A stretch of DNA of 64,000 bases. It comes from Macrostomum lignano (Eukaryota). How positions within the stretch are numbered: the first letter of the stretch is position 1; each line of letters starts with the position of its first letter. The DNA lies in assembly GCA_002269645.1 (NCBI GenBank), contig NIVC01000029.1, positions 1,178,001-1,242,000 of the forward strand, written 5' to 3'. Below are positions 53,931 through 64,000 of this stretch, in pieces. The position numbers and the translations under genes were made by a program. The notes beneath the pieces were generated by a model. It was given only the letters and a program-made list of their open reading frames with translations. It was not told the origin of the DNA and ran no database searches.

Positions 53931-54379
53931 GGTCATGGCGTGTTAAAATATTATTTTAGAAAATAGGAACTACTAGTTTCAAGCCTCTGGGCTCTTCGTC
54001 AGGCCAAAAATCTGTGTGTAATGCAAAGCAAGTTGGTCTTCTAAGCATTATTTTTCTTAGTCTGATAAAATTGATGAGTAGTTGTACATATGAGGGATGT
54101 ACATTTAAAGCCCTGTTTTGTCTAGCTCTAACTTGTCCCAGAGGCTTTTCACCATTCATTTCAATCGACATTATATTAAATATATAAAAATTGTTTTTTT
54201 GAAGTACTATACGATTAGATGAAATGCCAGTATTGGAGGTGGGAGCATAAAAATCAATATTTGTGCATACAATCAAGTTTGGATAAAATAAATGACAAAG
54301 TGAATAAATATTGTACTTCAATAGGGTAAAATGAGTGCATTGGTTAAAATGATTCAATGGTTTCCTGGCTGAGACTTAA

Positions 54380-54560
54380 ACTTATTGGGAGCCTATAAGT
54401 TCCCAAGGAGGCTCTGTAAGTTATGTTGCCATGTAAATGCAGGCAGTATGCGGGAGCCTGGTTTATTTTGTAGTTTATAAAAGTTATTAGCAATCTTGTT
54501 GGCAAGCCAGACCATAGATGGGTGAAAAGAAAGGACCAGTGGGATGGGTTGGAGAAGATG
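54380..54560 (-). pseudogene. Possible decayed CR1/L2-type LINE ORF2 3' fragment
   Basis: The translation HLWSGLPTRLLITFINYKINQAPAYCLHL loosely resembles the LHWLP..RI.FK...YK....AP.YL motif. Weak evidence. Confidence 0.3.
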
Positions 54561-54685
54561 ATTGTCAACCCTAATGTTTGTATCTAGCAGTTTGTCAGTC
54601 CCCAGTTTTTTAATCCAGATTTCTTCCTTTAGTTTAATTTAGTTTGAGAGAGAGAGAGAGAGATAGTTGACCAAGGCAACAACAA

Positions 54686-55050
54686 GGGGGGCCATAGCCC
54701 AGCAGTCTAGCGCAGGCTCTGGTATGCCAGCGACCCAGGCTCGATTCCAAGTGCAGTCACATTAATTTGGGGCTGAATTGGAATCTTGGCTTGGCTTTGC
54801 TCCTGCAATTAACGGCCTTGAAAGCCAACCCCTCAAGGCACAGTGAAGTGTATATGCCTAACAATAAAAATAAAGTTAGGGCTGCTATATACTCCTGTAT
54901 GAATGTGTGCCTGCGTACGTATCTGCATGCTTGTATGCCTGCTCAGGGGAGTCGGCAGAATGGGCAGTAATGCCTCTTGCCGGTTGTGTGCCTATGTCGC
55001 TTAAAGTGCGCCAGGATGCACACAACCCCCTTGCCTCTAAAAAAAAAAAA
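54686..55050 (+). mobile_element. Full-length tRNA-derived SINE (family 1) with poly-A tail and 13-bp TSD
   Basis: Head GGGGGCCATAGCCCAGCAGTCTAGCG (A-box) and GGCTCGATTCC (B-box); A12 tail; TSD AAGGCAACAACAA (54673-54685) versus AAGGCAACAGCAA (55049-55061). Confidence 0.85.
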
Positions 55051-55710
55051 GGCAACAGCAAAGCTCTATTCACAAGTCATAAAAACTGGACCTAAATCAT
55101 TGATTGTGCAACTATTATGCTCTAAAAATGAATATGGATAAATCTGGGACAGATTAACAGAAATCTTCTAGAAGTGCAAGTGTTTGCCTAGATGAAGATA
55201 GGAACTGTCTGGATTGACTATGCCTGATTTATACTTCCTCTCTCCTTCCCTGCCCCTTCTCTCTCACCATCACTCTACGATTTGTCATAGCTCTTGTCTT
55301 TTCTTACCCTACTTGGCATTTGAGTAGTTCCTGCCTACCTTCCTGATCCAATTATGGCAACTTTTTTTATCTCATGGATAAGATAAATAATGATTCTAGC
55401 TCATAGCTGCTAGCCAGATAAGGGAAGAAAGGAAAGAATTAAAATGATTAGGGTGAGAAAAGATAAAAGAAGAAAAGGAAGAAAAGAATTGACAAGAGAC
55501 AAACATTGAGTAGGCCTAAGGGCTAAGGGCTTGGAGTTTTCCAACCCCCATTCTAAACATTCCATTATAGGTATAGTATTGACAATATATTGTATTAAAC
55601 TATTATATAATTAGAATACTAGCCAATTTAATTTTCATTTTAACTAGACTTAGGAAATTGGCAAATACTTTGGCTTTACTAAAAAAATTTCAAACTATTT
55701 ATTAATGACA

Positions 55711-56824
55711 CCATAGTCTGGATCATGCTAGGTGCTAGGTCTGTTGTTTTTTATGAAAGCTTTATTTTGCTGTCTATTTGTTATTTGTAAAGAACAAGGA
55801 TTCTATACAGATATTCCCATTGGGAGGCAAAGATTGCTAGTCCACATTCTCAAATCTAAGCAAGTGTTGCAACAATAAAAGACATTTTTGCATTGCCACA
55901 GTAAATTACCTTTTTATGTTATGCAAAAGACTTTTTTTAGCAAATAATTTAGTTAATTCTTCATCTTTATTGCATATACTATTTATTGCAAAAATTTATA
56001 TGCACAAACATTTGTTTAATGTTTTTAATGAGCTTAAAAACTAGAAGGTTTGATTGAAATTTACACTAAAATATAAATATTATTAATCTTTTTTCCACTT
56101 AACATTAACTTTTTCTTGTGATTCTATGAATTGGATGCCAAGTGTGCACATATACTATTTTTTAAAAGTCATATACGCTAACTATGCCTGCCTAAATTTA
56201 GGTAGGCCTAGCCATAAAAGGCCAATGCACGACAGAATTTTTTAGCATTTATTATATTATCTAGAGTATAGTATATATAGAATAGCATATGTATAAAAAA
56301 TATCAAAAAAATATTATAGGGTAACAAAAATCCCACACTCTGGATCCTGTAGTATATGCCCAAAAATTCGGGCATGCATTGGCCTTGCATGCCAAAATTA
56401 GGCGTGCACAGTTGGCGTGCATCACTCCTGAAAAGATAGTATGCGTGCACACCTGGCGTGCACTTTATAGAATCATGCATAAGAGTCATTGTAAAGTAGA
56501 AAAAAGATGAAAAGGTTCATTTTTAAGCGCAAATTTCAAGCTTGTAAAAGAGCATTTAAACAAATCTTTGCGTGTATAAATTTTTTGCAGTAAATAGTAT
56601 TGCTGAAAAAGCATAGAAAGCAACCAAATTATCTGGTAATAAGGGTGTATTACGCAATTTGAAAAAAAATATTTTATTGTCATAATGTAAAAAAGGTCAT
56701 TTATTGTTGCAACACTGGCATATTTTAGGCCTAGAGAACAGGTGTGCACTACATTTTTTCCTGTGTGCATTTGTAATTATTCAATTTTTGTTTAGGCATG
56801 CACCCAGCATGATCTGGACTATGG
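55711..56824. mobile_element. Old non-autonomous TIR element (about 1.1 kb)
   Basis: 25-bp imperfect inverted repeats: CCATAGTCTGGATCATGCTAGGTGC (55711-55735) and GCACCCAGCATGATCTGGACTATGG (56800-56824). AT-rich interior with no ORF. Confidence 0.45.
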
Positions 56825-58378
56825 CAAAAATTTACAAAATAATACCTAAAATATTAAAATTAATAATAAAAAAGTATAGAAATTTTACTGTAAAAACATT
56901 TTCTTTGCCCAAAAATGGCACATTTTTATTTAAGATAAAGAAGAAACCACATTTTTTCTAGACAAACTTAAAAACTTTTTTATTATTTGATCTAGATTCA
57001 TTTTCAAAAGTTTAGTGTCATTTTACTTATAATATCTATGGCTACAGCATGGTTATTGCATGGTTAAAATGAAAAAAGTATAAAAAATTCTCACTGCACA
57101 TCCTACTATCATGAGAACTGAATATTTTTTTGTATTTTTACTATACTATGTCTATACATAATAAAATGACAATTAAATATATTAAGAGACAGGACAGCAT
57201 GATATTAAGATAGGTTTAGGCTAGGCCCATTAAATATTGTTATAGTTAAGTTTCTAATTCATGCCAATCAATAATCAACATCAAACATGTATGTTTAGGC
57301 CTACTCTTAGCAGGATGCAGGAACAGTGTAATTATACAGGCCTAGACTATAGTTGTTAGTTGTATACTTGTATAAGCCTAGAGAAAACTAGGCATAGGCC
57401 TAGGCCTAATGCGAAATAAAAATGCTTAGAACTCGAGGCCTACTCGGTAGGTAGGACCCTACTATGTGTGCATTTTACATAAATATACCTGTCAGTCAGA
57501 GCTAGGTGCACGTGCACCTTGACATACCATGGAGGCCGGGAGGGTTGTGCATGCCAATTATTGAATTAGAGTTCTTCAATAGTTTAAAAATTATTTTTTA
57601 ATTAAAAAAATCTGACGATAAGTGGAAATTCCCAAAGCTAATCAAAATACTATAAGTGCAACATTTTAGAACTTAGTAGGTACAGAACTTAAAACGGACG
57701 CACTTCGGATCTCGGACCTGGAACCAAAGAATGGCATTTAAAGATTAATTAAAATCAATTTCTTTGAATTTGCTAATCAAATCCTTTACTTAATTAAAAC
57801 AAATTATTCTCAAGATACAGAGATTTTGGCACATTAAGAAATTCTTTAGATTTGCAACAGGTGCACTGGAGCGGTTTAAAAACATTTCATAACCCTGTTA
57901 TAACCCTTACAACTGCAGATTGACTTTACTAACGTGCATACATGTGCTGCATGTGATGCCGACGAAAATGTACTAGTCCTAGTTTCGTTCTAATTCTAAC
58001 CTCTTTCTTAATTTACCAGTTAAGTCTGTCTTCTATAAAAGAAGTGCTTTGTCTCAGCGTTCGCTCGTTTCGGCGTCCCGATCCCACATGAGCTCGTACG
58101 GGAAAATTGTCGGAAAAAAAGCAGTCGAGGAGGCTGGAGATGCACCATGGAGATGAAAGAAGGGATCGAAAGAAAAGTCGGAGCGATGTAAAGTGTGCGA
58201 CAAAGCCACCAGGTGGGACCAACCGCGGGTTTGAAATATGAATTCTGCGGATGTAGAGTGTTCTACCTCCCGTAAGAAGACATAAAAGTGTTAATGTACT
58301 ACTCACACATTTTATTTAGTAGTAAATTGAAGAGCATGAATAAAGGTATGCTTTGAACTATAAGTATATTCGGACTAA

Positions 58379-58674
58379 CCAATAGGAAGAGAGAGACCTC
58401 GAGCATGCTAATTTTAGAAATCACCCAATCACGTGCGACCAACAACTGTCAATTCAAACCCCACCTTCAAGTCATCATTTGGTTTGCACTCGGGTTGCAC
58501 CCGGATGAACCAATCAAAGTCTACCAGCTACGGTAACCAATCATGCGCTTTTACAGTAGACTAGTTGCGCAACTTTCTACCCTGTCATGCTTGACAGCCA
58601 CCGAATCGTGACCCTTTGACATTTGCGAAGACAGTGATGTACGACCTCGAGAGATGTCTGAACGCCTATAAATA
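58379..58674 (+). promoter_or_regulatory. Putative LTR U3 promoter: four CCAAT boxes plus TATA box
   Basis: CCAAT at 58379, 58425, 58510 and 58537; TATAAATA at 58667-58674. Confidence 0.55.
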
Positions 58675-60002
58675 CAAGTGGTCCGGAACGGACTCAGAGC
58701 CAACAATTCCTCCGGAAGGAGAAGAGCTCCGAAGAGGAAGCCACTACAGGACTTCCTACAGAAGACTCGTCGAGTTCTTGCGGTAAGCCTTACTCATTTG
58801 CGCCTGTGTTTTGAGACGTCTCGTTGGAGTTTAGTTTGAGTCTGTTGAGACTCCTGAGTCTGTCTAGACTCTACTGGTTGCAGTCTCCAGAAGGACTGCC
58901 CCTGATAGATCTTAGAAGACTATCAGTGGTTTCCGGAGCTATACCTAGAGTGCATAGAGGCACTGCTAGAAGGAGTAGGCTTATGTTAAACCGCAGTTTG
59001 GCGCAGGGTACCCGTTGTTAACTTGGAAGCTTCCGATTGGTCCGAACTACAGATAACCGGCCGGCAAGAAGTCAAGAAGACAACTGCAAGAGCGGACCAG
59101 ATCAACTGTTGACCGGCGCCCGGAATTCCTGAAGGACAGGAACGCTACTGATAACGAGATCAACGAACAAGGAGTATTGACGAGAGCTCTCAGTTAAGGA
59201 CTCAAGGTAATTGAATACCTTCTGTTGACGTACTGGGTTGCCTAGCTACTGAGTTAGAAGTGAGTGTTCTTTGATTACCAAAAGTCGGGTAATAAGGAAC
59301 ACATCAATTGGTGATCTCGCCCTCTCGGCACTACTCAAACTTTTGAGCAATAGCCTGGCCAAGCTATTGTAAAGTGACGAAACAGCGACTTCATTAATTT
59401 TGCGCGCACGTGTTAGAGGTAACACTTTTCGACACTTTTCGATTTTTGTACGATTTGAAACTCGAGTAAAAGTTTAGGTATACAGGCTTGAGTACCTGTC
59501 GATTTTGAGTAACGTTTGAGCACGCGTGTTAAATTTTTGTTTTTAACGAGCTCGAGCAAGCGTAAACCTTAAACAAAACCGAAAACAACGTCCGGTACAC
59601 TGAAAACAAACCGAAAAATAATCAATACACACTAAAACAAAACCGAAATTAAAAACACTTGACGAAAGCTAAAACAAACCGAAATTTGATAAAACGTAAC
59701 AAGGCACGTCACGAAGACAAGAAAGGCCTTTGAAAAAAGCAAGAAGCAGCTGCACTTCAAGCACTTTAAAGATACACTTTGCGGGACGCCGCATAAGTGC
59801 GAAAATCAGCCAGCGAATAAGAGGTCAGAAAAAGCAGCCAAAAGCCGAATTCCGCTCAAGGTCAGACATAACAAATTGAGGTGTCAAAAGCGCCGCGAGA
59901 CAATCAGTTACAATCGAAGTTTATTTCGAAAGAAACACCACACTGGAAGATCCATTACAAATCGACCCAGACCTAGAGCTACCGTTCTATCCCATCAACA
60001 AC

Positions 60003-61403
60003 ATGGCGCGGCGCAATCCAACGGTGCACAGAGATATCAAAGAGACAGTTGGCACCTTTTCTATGGAAAAAGACTTTAACACCTTTGTTGATCATTTTGA
60101 CCTGGTATGTAGGGAATACAACCTACAAAATCCAGAAAAAGCGCAACTGTTGCCACCACTCCTCCAAGGCACTGCACGAGAGATTTATGGTAAACTGGAC
60201 GCAGCAACACAGCAAAACTACCCAGCATTAATCATTCAACTGCGCGCACACTTCAACCGCTGTGGCACAAACAGGTCAGTGCTACTGCACAAGTTGCATA
60301 ACAGACGGATGCAGCCAACAGAATCCTTCCTGACCTTCGTGGACGATATACGTCAAATAATTAAGGCACTGCATCAGCCAACGCTGCCAGCTGCGGATCA
60401 GCCACCTCCAGGCGCAGCGGAGTTAGCCGCAAGAGAGCGACAACGATTGATGGACCGTGAACAAAACCTCATCCTGCACGTAATAAACAATGCACAGCCG
60501 TCACTGCGGGATAGACTTTTGCGCGAGAACATTGAAACCGAGGAAGACCTTTTACGGTGCGGAATGCAGTGGGAAGCAAGCGCTCTACTAATGACAACCG
60601 GCAACACAGAAGTGCAGAAACTGACACAGCAACTAAACAAGCTGATGCAACATCAAACAGCCGTTATCGCCGAACAAAAAAGACGAAATGAACGAGCCCA
60701 AGCCAGATGCTATTACTGTGGACGAGAAGGACACTACCAAATTAATTGTCCTCATCGGTCAACAAGAAATGACATGCCGCGACAGCCATTCAACAGACGG
60801 AAGCCGCAAAAACCATGGCAACAACATCAAAATTGGCAGCAGCAAAACACGAAACGCTTCGGAAACAATGGCTACAGACCGCGAAACGCCAGATACATGC
60901 CCAAGCAACCAACGCAAGCGATGCAACGATATGCAAACGCCATCACGTACACACCGGAAAGCGAACAGCAAGAGCAGCAAGTCTTCACGATAGACGACTT
61001 AGAAATGGACTTCACTATCAATGAAATCGACTGGCTCGATGCGGAGAGCAGCGAAAAGACAAAAAACATCAGCATGGTCGAAATGAAAGAAACTAACATT
61101 GACAGCGAAGAAGAAAAGACAGAAGTGAGCACAGAAAAAACATTGCCAAGCGACATCAATGAAAGAAAAGAAGAAACAAACAAAGGCAACGACAAGGAAC
61201 CGGCAACGAAGGATGACAACGAAAAAAGCAACGAAGGAAATGCAGAGATGGAAGAAGAACAGCAAGAAGAAAGCAGCGATCACGATTATGAGATGCACAA
61301 TGACGCTGATGACAACCGAGCCGCCGACAAAGAACATGAAGACGGAAGGCACAAAGGAATGGAAGAAAGAAATCTAAGCTCTTTCTGTGGCCTGTGGCGC
61401 TAA
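60003..61403 (+). CDS. gag: Retrotransposon Gag-like protein with CCHC zinc knuckle, 466 aa
   Basis: FNTFVDHFDLVC..KAQLLPPLLQGTAREIY..RRMQPTESFLTFVDDI capsid-like pattern; CYYCGREGHYQINC knuckle; acidic tail whose stop falls in the adjacent MITE repeat. Confidence 0.85.
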   Translation: MARRNPTVHRDIKETVGTFSMEKDFNTFVDHFDLVCREYNLQNPEKAQLLPPLLQGTAREIYGKLDAATQQNYPALIIQLRAHFNRCGTNRSVLLHKLHNRRMQPTESFLTFVDDIRQIIKALHQPTLPAADQPPPGAAELAARERQRLMDREQNLILHVINNAQPSLRDRLLRENIETEEDLLRCGMQWEASALLMTTGNTEVQKLTQQLNKLMQHQTAVIAEQKRRNERAQARCYYCGREGHYQINCPHRSTRNDMPRQPFNRRKPQKPWQQHQNWQQQNTKRFGNNGYRPRNARYMPKQPTQAMQRYANAITYTPESEQQEQQVFTIDDLEMDFTINEIDWLDAESSEKTKNISMVEMKETNIDSEEEKTEVSTEKTLPSDINERKEETNKGNDKEPATKDDNEKSNEGNAEMEEEQQEESSDHDYEMHNDADDNRAADKEHEDGRHKGMEERNLSSFCGLWR

Positions 61404-62115
61404 ACTGAGTGCCTGTGGCGCTAAAATGAGTGCCTGCGGCGCTAAAATGACTGCCTGCGGCGCTAAAATGAGTGTCTGTGGCGCTAAAATGAGTGCCTGT
61501 GGCGCTAAAATGAGTTTCTGCAGCGCTAAAATGAGTGCCTGCGGCGCTAAAATGAGTGTCTGTGGCGCTAAAATGAGTGCCTGTGGCGCTAAAATGACTG
61601 CCTGCGGCGCTAAAATGAGTGTCTGTGGCGCTAAAATGAGTGCCTGTGGCGCTAAAATGAGTTTCTGCGGCGCTAAAATGAGTGCCTGCGGCGCTAAAAT
61701 GAGTGTCTGTGGCGCTAAAATGAGTGCCTGTGGCGCTAAAATGAGTGCCTGTGGCGCTAAAATGAGTGCCTGCGGCGCTAAAATGAGTGCCTATGGCGCT
61801 AAAATGAGTGCCTGTGGCGCTAAAATGAGTGTCTGTGGCGCTAAAATGAGTGCCTATGGCGCTAAAATGAGTGCCTGTGGCGCTAAAATGAGTGTCTGTG
61901 GCGCTAAAATGAGTGCCTGCGGCGCTAAAATGAGTGCCTGCGGCGCTAAAATGAGTGCCTGCGGCGCTAAAATGAGTGTCTGTGGCGCTAAAAGGAATGC
62001 CTGCGGCGTTGAGATAAGTGCCTGCAGCGCTAAAATGAGTGCAAAATTTAGTCATGTGCATGTTGAATTCTTGGCTTTGTCCTTCCCCACCATAAAATCC
62101 ATGGCGACGCCCCTG
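61383..62115 (+). mobile_element. hAT-like minisatellite-carrying MITE, copy 2 (left end missing), with about 31 x 21-bp GGCGCTAAAATGAGTGCCTGT units
   Basis: The unique tail TTAGTCATG..GAATTCTTGGCTTTGTCC..CACC matches the reverse complement of about 19213-19255; terminal TGGCGACGCCCCTG at 62102-62115. Confidence 0.75.
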
Positions 62116-62655
62116 TTTATATAATTTAACATAACCCACCAGCAAGGCTAAAAGTCTTTGAAAAAGCTCTATTGATCATAAATATAGCAAGTTTGGATGG
62201 AATGCGATTCGATTTCGATCGAGAGTTCATACGATGAGAAGTGATACTGAAGTAGTAAAATATGAATGGATTTTTTGGCAAGAAAATTACAATTCATTTT
62301 TTCAGTATATAGTGGATACTTTCTTTAATTTCCAGAAACCTCAAGCGTTAGTTGCCACCTCTTTCTGGAGATCCTTGGGGCCCACCGACAGACAAGTTGC
62401 AGGCTATTGAACGACCTACTTGGTTACGCCCAAGGTATTCAGCAATTATGAGTGACTCCAACGTCTTCACTAATGGTCGGGGGTCATGTCTTTACACTTG
62501 CTGTAAAAAGCAAAAAAGTGCTGCTTATCTCACTGATAAGCAATTAGCTTGAGTCCGAACATAAAAGCCTGTGGTAGAAAAACTGTGCGTGACTACTGAA
62601 GACAGCCAAAAGATCAGACGCAAAAATAAACAGTTAATACAGCTAGAAAACTGCC

Positions 62656-64000
62656 ATGGAAAACGGTCAGCCCAGCGACATTCGTCTCGTCGCTTCGAAT
62701 GCCCAGAATCAAAGACTGCGCTTGTACCGTGGCCTGGCGTTGAACAAGTTGAAGCCTGCAGAGGTTGCCAAAGTTATTGGGGATGGTGAACAGCAGCTCA
62801 GATCGGTGCTCGATATCCGAACTAAGGAGGAGATCGGAGACTGCATAGATTATCCGGTGCCCGAAGGTGTCAGCTATCGGATTTTGCAGCTCGACAGCAG
62901 GTCTGGGGAATTCGTGGAACTGCGCTCGGCGAAGGCGGCATCAGAAAGCGACTCCGCTGTCATAACATTCTACCGCGTCGACTTTTACACGCTAACTAAG
63001 AAGCTGAAAATATTTAGCGGACTGCTCTGGAACAACTGGCGGCTGGCGCTGTCTGGTTGGACATCTTCTGAACGATTTGACACTACCGATGGCATCAAAA
63101 TGGGCATCCTGAAGAAGCTGGCCAACGATGTGGCGCACAGTAAGGGAGGGGCTGGTCTTTATCTTGACTGGCTGGACCCAGCGATGGACTGTTCGGGTTT
63201 GGTGGCTTTGTTTCGACTGCTGTGCAACCCGGACATTTATCCGGCTATGCTGCACTGCCAGTATGGCAAAGATCGCACTGGGGCGGTCTGCGCTCTGCTG
63301 CAGATGATGGACCCCGGAATGACTGAGGACCAAGTTGTGGACGAGTATCACGCCACTGAGGTACTTCGTAGATACGAATATTGCTCAAGAAATTGACAGT
63401 ATATTGCGCTTAGCTTTTCTTTTCACTTTCTTTTGGGGCATCTTAGAAGTGTTGACAACAAGCCAATTTTAATAGCTAGGCTGCAGAGGACTCAAGTAAT
63501 GATTCACCGTCTGTAGGACAATCTGACTTCGATGAAATCGGCTTAAGTTTTAAGCATCTACGTCTATCGACTTCGATGACACATGGGTACTTTTAAATTA
63601 CGTTGTCGTTTTTGAGGACGACCGTCATTTATCGGCCTAATGCAAAAGTAAATACGAGCATACCTATGCCATTGACGTCCGGTACGGGCCACAGACAGTC
63701 CCGCAGGGTTGTCCTTTGATTTTCGTCTGGCTTTGCGCGGGATGACTAATCTTTGGGCCATAGACAATCAATGACAACACAGATTTATACCAAGGACTAC
63801 TTAAGTAGATACTTAAGTAGATAAACGATACTTAAGTAGTCCTTGATTTATACTGTAAAATAATTATTACTTAACTATGATAAATGATTTCTCTACATCA
63901 GGTTCATATCAAACGCCTCCTACCGGAGATTGAAGCAAAAGTGAAGCGAGCCGGGATGCCAGTTGAGTGCGCCAGATGTCCCAAAGAGCTCATCAAGGAA
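62656..64000 (+). CDS. Atypical tyrosine/lipid phosphatase of the IphP/MptpB (Y_phosphatase3) family; exon 62656-63360, intron 63361-63901, exon 63902 to window end (3' incomplete)
   Basis: P-loop HCQYGKDRTG (CX5R); RSVLDIRTKEE resembles the RTVIDLR..E motif; ..DQVVDEYHATE then phase-0 splice to VHIKRLLPEIEAK.. Confidence 0.75.
63791..63845. mobile_element. 55-bp mini-MITE with perfect 17-bp TIRs and perfect 8-bp TSD, in the phosphatase intron
   Basis: TIR CAAGGACTACTTAAGTA / TACTTAAGTAGTCCTTG; TSD ATTTATAC at 63783-63790 and 63846-63853. Confidence 0.8.

Larger units (their letters stand above)
57970..61403 (+). mobile_element. Truncated Ty3/gypsy-like LTR retroelement (putative 5' LTR, PBS, about 1-kb leader, gag; no pol and no 3' LTR)
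   Basis: Pol II promoter motifs, PBS-like TGGCGCAG at 58999-59006, an A-rich leader and an intact gag with a CCHC knuckle. The left boundary is approximate. Confidence 0.65.

Noticed and set aside
61156-62145. THFSA / CGAKMSA repeat ORFs resembling antifreeze or ice-binding repeats
   Set aside because: These are the internal minisatellite of a MITE; the same pseudo-peptide appears at 19210-19689.

Overview
This is eukaryotic (metazoan) genomic DNA, not prokaryotic. It has spliced genes with GC-rich exons, AT-rich spacers and a different tandem minisatellite in most large introns and intergenic gaps. That style resembles the free-living flatworm Macrostomum, but the taxon is inferred, not proven. 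I assembled nine spliced host genes by hand from GT-AG boundaries with consistent phases. In order they are: two tandem clan-2-like cytochrome P450s (-), CFAP99 (+), a SMOC/Pentagone-like gene (+), and four co-oriented (-) genes (TP53BP1-like, a DUF4807 gene, a TIR + RHIM adaptor-like gene, CMTR1). The ninth is an HCxxGKDR atypical phosphatase (+) that runs off the right end. Mobile DNA includes a gag-only truncated Ty3/gypsy-like element, two tRNA-derived SINE families, two copies of a minisatellite-carrying hAT-like MITE and a 55-bp mini-MITE. The most notable observations are (1) a 425-aa protein pairing a TIR-like domain with a C-terminal RHIM amyloid motif (TRIF/TICAM architecture), (2) tandem repeats whose units look like complete mini-introns or 3' splice-site modules on the sense strand, (3) a possible trans-spliced four-gene operon, and (4) an intron-containing MptpB/IphP-type phosphatase. 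Most long ORFs in the supplied track that overlap repeats are spurious. No rRNA, true tRNA gene or CRISPR array is supported. All family assignments come from motif recognition, not database searches.
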